Source: Takakia lepidozioides (lineage: Eukaryota; Plantae; Bryophyta). Taken from it: 64,000 nucleotides of DNA. The position numbers were made by a program, and so were the translations under genes. Position 1 is the first letter of the stretch. Each line of letters opens with the position of its first letter. Below the pieces are notes generated by a model. That model saw only the letters and a program-made list of their open reading frames with translations. It searched no databases and was not told the DNA's origin. This document shows, one piece after another, positions 11,402 through 24,395 of the stretch. The stretch is from positions 37,138,001 through 37,202,000 of the forward strand of contig CM060732.1 of NCBI GenBank assembly GCA_030704615.1, given 5' to 3'.

Positions 11402-13284
11402 AGAAGGTCCTGAGGAACTGAATCAAAGGCTTTGTGAAAGTCCATGAAGCAAACATAGACCATTCTTTTCTCATAGCGTGCACTTTCCACCATAACCTGA
11501 AGAGTGAAGATGTGGTCAATAGTGGATCGGTTTCGACGGAAACCAGCCTGTCCCTCAGCACGAATGTGAGAGGACTCAGCCCAATCATCCAGTTCCATGG
11601 CCACTACTGCCCCAAACAGTTTAGCAAGCAATGAGGACACCATGAGAGTACGATAGTTTGTCGGTGCGAGCCTGTCACCGCTCTTAAAAAGTGGGTGGAT
11701 GATGCTCTTTGTCCACTCTGTTGGAAAGCCCCGTTGCACCACCTCATTGAAGAGGTTAGCTATAAAAGGGGCTAAAGTAGGTGCCACATGCTTGATGAAT
11801 TCACTTTGAAGTCCTGAAATGTCCACCGCTCTGCCATTTTGTAGCTTCTTGATTGTCTTACTGACATTGGCTGTAGTAAAGAGAGAGAAGTGAAGGGGTT
11901 TAGAGGTTATGGGAGAAGGAGTTTGGGTTGGGGAATGGTACAAAGACTGTGCATACTCATGCCAGACATGAATGTCAGTGATTGGGGGGGGATCTCTATG
12001 AGGTTTAAGGAGGGACCAAAAAGAACGAGGAGAAAATCTGATTTTAGCAAGGAAAGAAGATTGCAACTTGATAGTGTAGGCTCGCTTTTTGGATCTAATG
12101 AGGGACTTATAGTGCTTAAGAGCAAGATTAGTGGATTCTGGAGAAGAATTGGTATCAAGTAGTAAAAATTTGATGCGACGTCTAGCAGTCTTGCATTCCT
12201 CATCATAAAATGGTGCGTAATGACGAGTGGAGAAGGGTGAGGTAGATGGAAGGGTGACGGGAAAGGATCGCAGGGCTGAGTCCCAAAGGGCTTGGGTAAG
12301 ATGTGTAGCCTTGTCGTTAGGAGATGATAGATGTAGAATGGAAGGGAGGGTTGACACTAGGTATGTTTCATACTCGACGTCGTGTAAGTGAGAGAAATGG
12401 GTATTAAAGTGGATACGTGGGTGTAAGGGAAGAGATGCAGAGGGGATCCTCACGGGGAGGGAGATGGAAGGAAATGCAAAGGAAAGGCAAGAGTGATCAG
12501 AATCCGGGTACCTCGTGATGTAAAAGGAGCTTATTCTATCAGACTTGTTGGGGCTCCCCAAGAGATAGTCAACCACGCTTTGGCCTTTGTACGTGTGGCA
12601 AGTGAACTAGCTGGAGGATTTGAAGTTGGTTGTTCCATTGTAAATGGCCAGCCCCTGAGTTTCACAAAACTTGAGTAGGTGGTGACCGTAACTTGTGATT
12701 TCACAAGAGGAACCTGCACTTTGTCTCTCCAATTCCGTATGCGAGTGTTGGATGTGTAGAGGATCTGTGTGGTCGAAGGTGGGGGCCTGTAGTGATCCTG
12801 TACGGGCGCTGAAATCTCCAACCAAGAAAATGTCCGTTTGTGGGGTACGGAGACGGGCCATATCGTCTTCCAATGGAACATATGGTGAATCTGTTCAAAT
12901 ATATAGGCCGCTGTGCGGAGATGCAGCCGGAGCAAAATAACATCCTGCCAGCAAGATGTTGTAGCCTTTGATGTGACACCAAATGTACCTTGCCAGTGGG
13001 TCTTTGTATGGGAAGGAGATAAGTAGGAGAAGCCAATCAGCAAAGTAACAAGCCACACCTCCAGATCCTTTGAGCCCTATACGTGGACGAATCACTGACT
13101 GAAAGCTATAACCGAGAATAAAAGGGGGGTCATTTCCTTCATACGCATGAGTTTCCAATAGAAAAAGAACATCACACTTGGAAAGAATATCTAGAAGCCC
13201 TTGAGGGTGGCTCCACAACGAGCCATTACAGTTCCATGAGCCAATGTGTAGATGTGAGCGTGCGTTGGTCTCATGGTGCCCCAA
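11402..13284 (-). pseudogene. LINE ORF2 (endonuclease + partial reverse transcriptase), disrupted and truncated
   Basis: Pieces 12895-13284, 12607-12873 and 11380-12576. Confidence 0.88.
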
Positions 13285-14434
13285 CCCCTATTTAGAGCTA
13301 GAGGGGCGACGTTTGTGTTCCCGGACAATTACCCTCCCATCTTGGTATACGGCATAGTGCCCCTGAGCTCAAGCTTGCTTAACCTGCAAGAGTTGCGCTC
13401 GCATGGCGTTGTATTGCAAAGGGGTCAAGTCATCTTTGAGGTACATACCCTGACCTCTCAATTGAGGCCTCTGCCTGAGGACTCTATCCCGAGCACCCTT
13501 GTTCTTGAATCTAATGAAGAGGACTTTGTGCTCTGAAGATCCTGCACGCCAAGCCCTTTCAATGCCACTCGCGCCCCGTGGGAGTGCAAGGTTTTGTTGA
13601 ATAAGGCTGGTGGCAGCGTCAAGAGGGTCCCCCTCAGCAAGGCCCCCTAGCTTCCCAGTGACCCTGATGTTAAGGGCTTTGAAAGCCCGTTGTTGTTCCT
13701 CTCGCAAGGTAGCCGAGACTGTCTCCTCCAGAGAGTGAGGACTGTTGTTGGATGTGCTCCCCTTAACTATATTAGCCCAGGAGGAGGCCTCTGCCTTGTG
13801 AGCTTGGAGCTTCCGAGCCATTGTAGACGTCGCAATTCTGTGTGTTTCCAGCTCTTTGCTAAGGGATTCCACCTGCAGGTGGATGCTTGCTGTGAGGGGA
13901 TCTGGGAGGCTCTTCTCTGTGAAGGTCTTCACTTCGCCTTCAAGTTTTGAAAGACGCGTATGTGTGGATTTGTCATTGAGATGTTTCGTCAGACCTTGAA
14001 GTTTGCTAGTGCACTCCTGAAGAGAGGCCCGCAAAACGTTGTCCTGAACTCGCATATTGTTCTCCAAGTTTGTGTCTCTGTCTGTCATGCATTTCTGCCA
14101 ATCTTTGTCCAAGGAATCCATGCGCTGTTCCCACTTCTTGTTAAGGGAAGCCATCCGCGTCTCCCAGTCTTTGTCTAGGGAAGCCAACCGCTCTTCCGAG
14201 TCATTGTCACGGGCAGCGAGCACTTGCTGCAGAGTCTCCTCCGAGATGCATTTCGTTTGTAAGATGGAGATTTGGTCCCGAAGTGTTTGAACATCAGCAC
14301 TCCTTGTGGAGTACTGACGCAAAGGAGAGGCTTGCTGAGAGACAGGGGCAGGAAGAAGAAGCAGAGGGGAATCAGGTCGACGTGAGGGAGACAGGCAGTC
14401 TACCTCGTCGGCAGCCGTCCTTTGGCGTTTGGAG

Positions 14435-14578
14435 TGTTGGAGTGTCAAGTGTATAGCCTTTGCACGGCACTTTGAGAATAGAACGGGACGGGTAGCTCAG
14501 TGGTAGAGCACCCCACCGGAATGGGGGAGGTCCTAGGTTCAATCCCTAGCCCGACCACACGCCAGTGGTTTTCCAACA
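14435..14578. mobile_element. 144-bp solo LTR of a tRNA-bearing TRIM (Helenus-like)
   Basis: TGTTGGA...TCCAACA termini; 5-bp TSD tggag/tggac (1 mismatch); internal tRNA-like sequence. Confidence 0.8.
14486..14557 (+). pseudogene. tRNA-like cloverleaf with Pol III A and B boxes, inside the mini-LTR
   Basis: GGACGGG-TA-GCTC AGTGGTA GAGC-A-CCCCA CCGGAAT GGGGG-AGGTC-CTAGG TTCAATC CCTAG-CCCGACC-A; acceptor-stem mismatch and irregular anticodon arm. Confidence 0.8.
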
Positions 14579-14827
14579 TGGACGTCATGGTGTGGTGGAG
14601 GTGGCGCTAGCGCGCCAACGCCCGTGAGCGCAGCGCCGACGTGCTGCGTGCAAACATGAGGAAGAAGCACACAACAAGGTAAAAGCGCACAGCGCAACGG
14701 AAGATAGGGCTAGCGGACAAGAGAAACGACGCAAAAAAAAGACATAAAAGTTGTCTGAACACGCGACGTCACAACACGTAATTAGAGACCTTACCAGTAC
14801 GCTATACACCCGAATATGTAACATATC

Positions 14828-14830
<3 letters not shown>

Positions 14831-14867
<37 letters not shown>
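14831..14867. repeat. (TA)n microsatellite
   Basis: Direct observation. Confidence 0.97.
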
Positions 14868-14870
<3 letters not shown>

Positions 14871-15049
14871 ATTTTTTCAGACCCTTTCAATATACATAGT
14901 CTATCTGTGGGGGTATTTAATTAACCCTCTTCTGTTCACGCACGTGATAGGTACATTAACCCTTGGTGCACCCCCCGCGCATCAGACTTGCAATAGGGGA
15001 ACTGCCTCCACCATCAGCATACTAACCAATCTCTTGTGTCAATTGTGGG

Positions 15050-15235
15050 GATGTGAGGACACTATGGAAAACGGACAGACCACAAGGTGCGCTGCACATT
15101 TTAAATGAGCACGACATTCGGGCAGACTGCAGTACTTATGTGTGCTTGTTGCCGGATTGTGTCAAAATGAAAAGCCTAGCAGAGGGAAAGCAAGTGTATA
15201 CCCACATTATCCAAAGCGGATTCAAGCCAAACATA
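15050..15235 (+). pseudogene. PLS-class PPR gene fragment (N-terminal region)
   Basis: TYVCLLPDCVKMKSLAEGKQVYTHIIQSGFKPNI resembles an L-type PPR motif. Confidence 0.7.
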
Positions 15236-15890
15236 CGACTACAACAGATCCCGGCTTTAATGTTTGCCACATTTGCCCAGTCGTAGCAGATATGTCTACA
15301 AAATGCAAGGGGCAGTCCCTTGCCAATTGTGACCACTAGAAGTCTTATATACCACCTTTGTACCTCTGTCATGTCAGGATCTGTGGTCAAACACGTTTGA
15401 CCAAATAGGAGAAGATGGTAGATACGATTAGGAGTCATGGCCAAAACTGCAACAGGATGATGTGGGCATAGGAATGTATGACTGCTAGTATTCATGAATG
15501 CACGTGGCGATTGCTGGTTGCCCAAGGAGTGTCTATGTGGAAAATACAAAAATAAATGGATGCAATAGAACGAGGATGTGACTACAAAAGACGACGTGTC
15601 TACATATCATTGCTCGCGTGGTTGAAATATTGTGGTGTGTTGGATACAAGTGCATCTAACGGCTGCAAATGATACGACTTCGAGGGTGAATATATACAAA
15701 TATATAAAGCTAAAAATACCTTCACATAATAACATGGAATATGTAATCATTTTATATATTGTTAGGGTGCAAAACGTTCAAAATTTCAAAAGGTTGGCTC
15801 GAATTTAGGGTTGCTAGGTCGCAGAGTGCAAGGCTGGGACAGTGTGTTTTTTGGGATCTACGTCTTCTTAGTGCCGAAGCATCGCGATAG

Positions 15891-18530
15891 CAGGCCGTGT
15901 TTCAATCTCTACCTGCTCGAATGCACCGTGGCCGCTCTCACAGACCTATCCGACATTACCTGACTATAGACACAAATAGCACACACGAGGTCATCTTGGG
16001 TTCATGGTCAGTCAAATCCTCCATTGGTCAAGACACAAGGTCGAGGACAACGTGGTGAGGGCACCTTCTTCTTCGACCTATTTCAGCCTGTTTTGCCCTC
16101 TCATCAGACTCAGCCCTGCATTTGCAACACGGAGCAGAGCTGGCATGAGTTTTTGAAAGATCCTTCACGATGGTGGGACATCCGCAATCAAAAGGTGTGG
16201 CTTTTTCTTAAGGTACGATGTGAAGAAGTTTGTCCACCCGACAAATTTGGGCTCTCGGCTCCTGTTAGTACCATGATTTGGTATTCTTCTTGATGTTTAC
16301 AAGGTTCTTGGGAGAGTCAGCTTTGTCTTAGCAGGTCGTGTTTCAATCTCTGCCCGCTCAGTTGCACCTTGGTGGTTCTCACGGACCAATCCGACATTAC
16401 CAAAGTACGGACACAAGCAGCACACACAAGAGGTCCCCTTGGATTCATGGTCAGTTGAATCCTCCATGGGTCAAGACACAAGGTCGAGGACAATGTGGTG
16501 AGGGCACCTTCTTCTTCGACCTATTTCAGCCCTCTCATCAGTCTCGGCCCTACATTTGCAACAGGGAGCAAAGCTGGCATGAGTTTTTGAAAGATCCTTC
16601 ACGATGGTGGGACATCCGCAATCAAAAGGTGTGGCTTTTTCTTAAGGTACGATGTGAAGAAGTTTGTTCATCTTACAAATTTGGGCTCTCGGCTCCTGTT
16701 AGTACCATGATTTGGTATTCTTCCTGATGATTACAAGGTTCTTGGGAGAGTTAGCTTTGTCTTAGCAGGTCGTGTTTCAATCTCTGCCTGCTCAGTTGCA
16801 CCTTGGTGGTTCTCACGGACCAATCCGGCATTACCAAAGTACGGACACAAGCAGCACACACAAGAGGTCCCCTTGGATTCATGGTCAGTCGAATCCTACA
16901 TGGGTCAAGACACAAGGTCGAGGACAACGTGGTGAGGGCACCTTCTTCTTCGACCTATTTCAGCCTGTTTTTCCCTCTCATCAGACTCGGCCTTGCATTT
17001 GCAACACAGAGCAGAGCTGGGATGAGTTTTTGAAAGATCCTTCATGATGGTGGGACATCTGCAATCAAAAGGTGTGGCTTTTTCTTAAGGTACGATGTGA
17101 AGAAGTTTGTCCATCCTACAAATTGGGGCTCTCGGCTCCTGTTAGTACCATGATTTGGTATTCTTCTTGATGTTTACAAGGTTCTTGGGAGAGTCAGCTT
17201 TGTCTTAGCAGGACGTGGTTCAATTTCTGCCCGCTCAGTTGCACCTTGGTGGTTCTCACGAACCAATCTGACATTACCAAAGTACGGACACAAGGAGCAC
17301 ACACAAGAGGTCCCCTTGGATTCATGGTCAGTTGAATCCTCCATGGGTCAAGACACAAGGTCGAGGACAATGTGGTGAGGGCACCTTCTTCTTCGACCTA
17401 TTTCAGCCTGTTTTGCCCTCTCATCAGACTCGGCCCTACATTTGCAACACAGAGCAGAGCTGGCATGAGTTTTTGAAAGATCCTTCACGATGGTGGGACA
17501 TCCGCAATCAAAAGGTGTGGCTTTTTCTTAAGGTACGATGTGAAGAAGTTTGTTCATCCTACAAATTTGGGCTCTCGGCTCCTGTTAGTACCATGATTTG
17601 GTATTCTTCTTGATGATTACAAGGTTCTTGGGAGAGTCAGCTTTGTCTTAGCAGGTCATGTTTCAATCTCTGCCCGCTCAGTTGTACCTTGGTGGTTCTC
17701 ACGGACCAATCCGACATTACCAAAGTACGGACACAAGCAGCACATACAAGAGGTCCCCTTGGATTCATGGTCAATCGAATCCTCCATGGGTCAAGACACA
17801 AGGTCGAGGACAGTGTGGTGAGGGCACCTTCTTCTTCGACCTATTTCAGCCTGTCTTGCGCTCTCATTAGACTCAGCCCTGAAGTTGCAGCACTTGTGCG
17901 GAGCTGGCATGAGTTTTTGAAAGATCCTTCACAATGGTGGGACAACCGCAATCGCAAGGTGCGGCATTTTCTTAATGTACGTTGCCAAGAAGTTTGTCCA
18001 TCCTGTAAATGTGGGCCCTCGGCAGACACAAGCAACACACACAAGAGGTTCTTTGGGTTGATGGTCGGTCAGATCCTCCATTGGTTATGACACAAGGTCG
18101 AGGACAATGCGGTGAGGGCACCTTCTTCTTCAACCTATTTCAGCCTGTTTTGCCCTCTCATCAAACTCGACCCTGAATTTGCTATGATAAGGGAGTGACA
18201 TAAGAGAGTGTTTGACAAGATGGCTGAACGTGATGTGGTTTCCTGGAGTGCAATAGTGATTGCAGTATATGTCCAGCATGGTCGTGGATTGGAGGTTTTG
18301 GAGACCTAGGTGCAAATGATGCAAGAGGGGGTGAAGCCCGAACATGTCACTTTCATTTGTGTCCTCAAGGCATGTGCCAACTTGGCAGCCCTGGAAAAGG
18401 GCAAGGAGGTCCATGGGAAGAAGTTTGTCCATCCTGCAAATGGTGGGTTCTTCCTTAGCTCACTACAGACACGAGCAACACACACAACGGGTCCTTTCGG
18501 ATTGATGGTCAATTAAATCCTCCAAGGGTG
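15891..18530 (+). repeat. ~443-bp tandem array (5 full units plus partials) derived from an OSB-type PDF-motif exon + intron
   Basis: ggtcaagacacaagg recurs at about 16026, 16469, 16903, 17346 and 17789; spliced consensus SWHEFLKDPSQWWDNRNRK^TNPTLPDYRHKQHTQEVLWVDGRSNPPWV. Confidence 0.85.
18195..18418 (+). pseudogene. PLS-class PPR fragment
   Basis: VFDKMAERDVVSWSAIVIAVYVQHGRGLEVLET*VQMMQEGVKPEHVTFICVLKACANLAALEKGKEVHG. Confidence 0.88.
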
Positions 18531-20453
18531 AAAGAAAAGCTAGTTGTTTTCATGTCACAATAATCTGGTTGCTGCCTATGCGAGTCTGGTTGAACCTCAT
18601 GCGAAGCGCATGGAGGCTTTACAACAGCAGTTAGATGTGTACAGACTCACGGAGGAGCAGACTCTCAGGGGTGCCACACACGACTTGGTGGATAATCACC
18701 TTATGCAGGTCTGGTTAACACAAGGGCCAGTGGAAGGTAAAGCACCACGGAAGCTCACCCAGGGCGAAATGAATGAGCTCAGACTGCAGGTGCAGAACAT
18801 TGCCACAACTACTATAGACAATGTCTATAGTAGGATAGCGGAGCTACATGAGGATATAGAAGGCCTGCAGACTCGGGTGGATGACCTGAGTTCAAATATT
18901 GACAAAAGAGTCTTTGTACCTGAGGATCAGCTGATGGCTACTTATTTACAAGCCAGGACTCTAATTTTTCAGTCTTTTTCGCAAGGGGTGCAGGAGATGC
19001 CAGTGGTAGAAGGGCCAGTTGTACCAATACCACAGCAAGTGACTGTGCAGGTAGCTGACCATGTTGTTACTACAGCCACACCACAACCTGAGGTATGGGG
19101 GGATGGTGCTTTTAACCCACCTAAGACTTCTGCTGCACGGGAGTACAGTCGGACTATGATTATGCCCTTCAACCAAATTCCCATTGTGTTGGATTTGGAT
19201 TGGAAGGAATTTAGTCCTCCGCAGTCGTTGGCACATTACTACCAGATCATGCGCATTTGGCTGCCAGTGGCAACTAGGACTAAGGTTCTTCCGAACAATC
19301 GACCCATTGAGGATCATCACTTTGCGAGGTACTGGTCTGAAGCAGGTACCATGTTGAAGGAATTAATTGCATTCCAAGTTGTACATGGGTACATTTATAC
19401 CAAGACCAATGAGGTATCAAGTATTGTCATGGGCTGTGGATTATACTATGCTGCTTGTTTTCTGGCACGTTATCACATTGAGCAACATAGGATGCAATCC
19501 CGATTTTCTGAGTTATTCCAGTGGGGATCATTGGGTCTTACCTTCAGTGCCACCTCATATGTACCTATATGATGCAAAAGTTATGATGCAGAAGGATTCC
19601 CAACTTCGTTCATGGTTTCATTCGACTTGGAACAATTTGACAACACAGAAATTCGGCCCTGAGGATATTTTCTTTAAGGGACATGATGCATGGAAATACT
19701 TGCACTGTTCCAAAGTCATTGACATACCTCTTACCTATACAGATAAAGAGTTCAGGACGTTCACTAATTTTGTTTGCCAGCGCTTACAACAAGTTGTACA
19801 ATTTAAACTTCCAGATATGGTCGGACCACATTGTATGCCACACAGGATATCACTTAAAGTTCGGGCGTTAAAACACCTAAGGGGAGACGATGATTCTGAT
19901 ACTACTGTTTCTTCAGCGGACTCTTTTGACATGGCAGAAGACTATGCACTTCAGATGGCAGAGAAGAAACGACGGGGATCTCTTATGCCTGAGAGGTTAC
20001 CTCGTTATCAGCCAAAGGAGGGTCAGACATTTCCAGGTAGTGCTCAATTATCTCCGTCAACCAGTGACAGAACTCGGGCTCGCACACGGAGTCCTTCACG
20101 AGACTCTCATCGTCAGAAGGGTGCTCGCTCACAAAGGTTTGCTAATCCCAAACAGTAACCCGTGAGGACACGACTTTTTAAGAGGGGGAGGGGTAAATGT
20201 TAGAGGGCTGCTTGGGGACTTAGACGCTTTTACGGGTTCTGTGGGGTACCCTTATTTTTTGCGCAGACTGAGACCAACAGGAGCCGTAGGGGTGGCAGCA
20301 GCAGGCTTTAGGGGGGTTACATAGCCCGACACAGCTTCACACAGCCAGTCACAGCCCGCCACAGTTTCGCACAGCTTCACACAGCCCGTCACAGCCAGTC
20401 ACAGCCGCCACAGCTTCGCACAGCCCGACACAGCCTGACACAGCCTGACACAG
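18531..20453 (+). mobile_element. 3' fragment of gypsy family B: extra ORF, PPT and truncated 3' LTR
   Basis: PPT AAGAGGGGGAGGGG (20180-20193), then TGTTAGAGGG at 20198 matching the start of the LTR at 33149 (-); the LTR breaks inside its CACAGC repeat. Confidence 0.85.
18544..20158 (+). pseudogene. Extra ORF of unknown function upstream of the PPT (frameshifted, ~540 codons)
   Basis: Overlapping ORFs 18544-19572 and 19367-20158; coiled-coil N-terminal part and Arg/Ser-rich tail. Confidence 0.6.
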
Positions 20454-22434
20454 TCCCATGCTCTTCTCTATGGAGTGCCCAACTTAAGGCTGTCTACTGA
20501 ATTGCATACTGTTGAGAAAATTAGTCTGCGTCATGTTTTATGCAGCACGACCTGTCTAAGCATACCAGAAAGCTTCTATGCATACACTTCACCAAAAGTC
20601 CTCATGTACAAATTTGTGGTATGTCTCTAAGTCACCTAGGCAACTCTTCTCTCCATTGATCAGTATTCTAGATGTTGCCACCATGAATCTAGCAAATAGT
20701 TCTTGATTTTCGGCCTTTGAGGTGATAAGTTTCCAGATATGTAATACCTTACAATGCATGATCTCTTGCATAATGATGTAGTAGAAGTCTAGATGTTGAA
20801 ATCATTTCATCTGCCAATATTTGCATGAAACATGTCAAAATGATTCCAATGTGCATCAAAGTTATGTTTAACCCTTAATTTCCCAAGCAACCCAAATGGG
20901 GTCGCTGTGAATTTTCACTTATACCTCATTTCAGCAGATTTACTCTGATGGGCCCACTCCTTTTTTTTGGACAAGGGACTTGTCTCGAATATGATGCAAA
21001 AAGAAAAAATTAAAAAGAAAAGAAAAAAAAAAGCCACCACCTACAGAAAATATCTAAGATAACTACGTCACCTTTATGGCGGGCTTGTTGACTGCAGACG
21101 TGGCAGGTAAACAAGCCCAAATTGTAAAACTAGTAAAATTAGTAAAATTATAAAAACCGCTTTACTTTGTGGTGTGTGAGCATTACATACACACATCCAC
21201 CACTGGGTTTTAGAAATTTTGTAGAAAAAAAAGTACTTCATTTGGAGGCAAATTTTCCTTTGTTCAATTTTAAGATTTTAACCCCTATGTAATTACATAC
21301 AAAGCAACCATAGGTGAAAAAATCAGTTGGACCTGCAATTTAGAGGGGTTGTAGCCACTCCACTCTTGATTTGGAAATGGTGCGTCTTGGGCAGCCCATA
21401 TTTTTTAGGCGAAATAAAGCCAGAATGCACTCGAACTTTGTAGGTTGCGACACGTCCTTGTAAAAAAACAGGGGAAAAACGAAAAAAAAAAAGCCAGAAA
21501 GCGCCCGCTCCCTGGTGGAGTGTCACCATAAAGCACCAAGGGAACCACCCCTTGGTGCCTGGGAACTGGATCCTGTGGCAACCGCCATTCAACGGCCGGT
21601 GCTTATTGGCGTGGCAGCCTTGGGGGACCTCGCCACGTGCTGCACCCTGGCGTTCGCCAAGCGTTTTAGGGCTGGAGGGGGTGGCCTTTGCCACTGCGAT
21701 ATAAGACTACATTTTTATGGTAGGCACTTTGTTGCAATATAAGGGCCCTTAGAGCCAGGTTTATCTGCCCTGCTTTGAATATGTATCGCGCTTGAAATGT
21801 CTTCTTGGTCATATATGGTCGCCCTATTGCGACAGTATGGTGCATAGCTGTAGCCACATACGATCCACGTGGAAAAGAGCTGGTTCGCCATCTACGCACT
21901 CTACCCCACCAGTTTGTAGCCACATGGCCGCTGTACATGAAATGAAAAAAAATGGGTTGGTCTTGGGGCAAGCAAAATTGGTTTCCCACTTTTCCATTGG
22001 GACCCGGAATTTGAGGTCCGGGGCCAATGTTATAATCTCACAATTTTCACGGTGAAATTAGTATTAGGTTAATTATTACCTAGGTAATGCTTACCTATAA
22101 ATGCATGATTGCCCACTAGAGAGTCTTCGAGCATTACCTTGGTTAACCTAGATAATAGGCTTCAAGTATCAACTTCGACGGTTGCTTTGGCAAGTATGAG
22201 AGAACACAAAAAAATTCAAGCTGCGGTTTCCGAGTTGGAGTGTGCTACATACCGGCTTTTCCTCATTCATAAAGAAGTGGAGCAATTGGCTTATTCATTG
22301 CGTTTGAAAGATAAGTTTCTATTTCGCCTTCCTTTCATTATACCTACATCATGATTGATATTTATTTTCAAATTCATTATGCTTATAATAAGACAAAAGA
22401 AGGTCATTATTTATCAAGCTTATTATCTCACTCA

Positions 22435-24395
22435 TCATGATCCAAGGAAAAGGCCATTTGTTGTGGTAATAACAGAGAGTTCATTTCTATTGACCATGAC
22501 TGTTTGTTGCAACTCTAGGATGTACCTCTCCTGGTCAGCCTCAATCTGTCTGTATTGTTTGAAAGTATTCTCATTGCGACAGATTGTATTCTTCATATCA
22601 ACAATGAGTTTCGTTTGCTCGATTATCTCTGCTTCTGCCTTTATACATCTCTCCCATTGTCTGTTAACTTCTAATGCAGTTTGCTCAAGAGTAGTTGTGA
22701 GTGTAGCACATTGTATGGTCATCTTCTCATGTACTGCCTGCAACTCTGTATGTAGTACATTCACTTCTTGCAACTTGCCCTCATGCTTCACCTGCATTTG
22801 GTATAACTGTTGCTTATGTGCTTCATGCAAGTGGTCCTGCGCGAGGCCTGCTTCAATCAAATGTCCCTTGGCCAACTGCAAAGCAGCCTTTGTGTCCTCT
22901 AACTCTTGCTGTAATTTGAGATTGACCTCCTCATCGACCTTGTTAGCACACTCAGTGGCAATTCGAGCCTCAAACTCCTTCCTGAGTTCCTCCCTCAAAG
23001 TTGCCAATTGGGTAGATGGAACATGGGATTTCACATAAGTGCCCAACAAATTAAGTGTTCTGCTTATGGAACTCATAAGCATGGCCTGCTAAGGGTCATC
23101 ATGGTGAATTTGCTGTTGTTCTTCCTGATCCTCTACAGTGTGATGCCTCACCAACCATTCAGGCCATTGCCCCACCAGATTCTCTTCCTGAACCACCTCA
23201 TCGTCCACAGGTGCTGCAATGTCCTGATATTCTACCCCTGGTACCTCCGTCACAGGTGTGGGTATTACATGCACAACAGGGTTTTCCCTGGACAACCGCT
23301 ACACCTCTGGAATCACTGATTCCCTTACCAAGCCAGAGTTTTCATAGAGAATGCCATCCTTCTCAATTTCGGCCACGACCTGCTCTGTAGTGGGAATGTC
23401 CAACCTTTCTCCTTCCAGAGCAATTGGGGGTGATGTCACAACATATACTAACGGTGGAACCTCTAAAACAACTGAGTCAATTGGTTGTGGTGACTGTGGT
23501 ATCGAATTGACTTCATCTTCCCTCTCTGAAGGCCGTGCTTCCAATAATAACAGCCTTCTGTGCTGCTGGGCCCCATCCTGCACAAGAGCTTGGGAAACAT
23601 CATCGTGCGGTTTCCGTGAAGCCAGTGGATCCGCCACTACAGTCATACCCCGCCTCTGTCTCTTAGACTGTTGTTGCCCTGCCAGTCCACCCTTACTATG
23701 TGAAGAGCCCTACTCTTCAATTGCAATGGTTTCTGCCTCAAACACTCCCATCTCCTTACGTTCCCGAGTATTAAATATGCAAGAATCAAGAATGATTTGG
23801 GCAATAATTGGACCAAACACAATGATCGGAGACTTAGCAGCAGTGCCCTGTAACCTCTTCATCTTGTCCACCAGTCCATTGTACATTAACTTCACCCAAG
23901 CGACATCATCTCCCCTCAAAGCTTTCAGGATCTCCTCTGTGAATGACCTGCTCAAATACTGTTGGTTCTGTTTCATGGCAAATAGAACGTTCAATATTTG
24001 GCCAACTTCCCCAAGCCCTAGGTACTCGGCTTTGGTACAAGCGTAACCTTGAGTTCTAAAGAAACTCCCTTCTTGGAACAAATTCCCTATCTGCAATCTT
24101 GCCCTGTGCTCATCCACATCCACATGTCCTGATGGCAAATCAAACAATTGCTGCAGGTATTGGGGAGTAATTTCTATATCTACTCCCCTCACCTGATTAC
24201 TCCCATCCGAGGCTCAAAGTTCTGAAGAAATTGAATCATAAACTGCCGATGATGCAAGGACCAATCCTTGCGTAGCAGCCCCTCCAATCGCAACTCCCTT
24301 AGCAGCTGTACTGCCTGCGGTGCTGCAATTGTTTGCTTTTGCAGAATCGTGGTGCTCTTCACCTTGATATCCTCCATTCCCCTCACTCTCTTCAT
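22435..24395 (-). pseudogene. 3' extra ORF of family B (Athila-eORF / plant-transposon-protein-like N-terminus, coiled-coil C-terminus)
   Basis: QFMIQFLQNF...VRGVDIEITPQYLQQLFDLP; one frameshift near 24190, then ORFs 23710-24192, 23299-23646, 23089-23295 and 22435-23082 in one frame split by TAG stops. Confidence 0.65.

Larger units (their letters stand above)
13369..14588 (-). pseudogene. LINE ORF1 interrupted at codon 4 by a solo LTR
   Basis: Removing 14430-14578 gives ATG ACG TCC AAA CGC CAA AGG (MTSKRQR), in frame with ORF 13369-14448; coiled coil followed by an RRM-like C-terminus (IERAWR...LFIRF...YLKDDLT). Confidence 0.8.
11402..14830 (-). mobile_element. LINE (APE-type, RTE/RTEX-like), 3'-truncated by LTR A
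   Basis: Coiled-coil ORF1; ORF2 endonuclease motifs (SWNCNG, LETH, GDF, DY, SDH) and RT motifs (NYRTL, QAGFR..RST, DFHKAFDSV), cut exactly at the LTR terminus; the 5' end abuts (TA)n. Confidence 0.88.

Noticed and set aside
14486-14557. Functional tRNA-Ser(GGA) gene
   Set aside because: Acceptor mismatch, irregular anticodon arm without U33, no long variable arm, and it sits inside a TSD-flanked mini-LTR
16024-17613. Repeated intact small proteins ending ...STMIWYSS
   Set aside because: These ORFs read through the splice donor into intron sequence, and the units carry a lost acceptor and a frameshift
22355-24046. Plus-strand ORFs of 227 and 231 aa
   Set aside because: Antisense shadows of the minus-strand extra ORF
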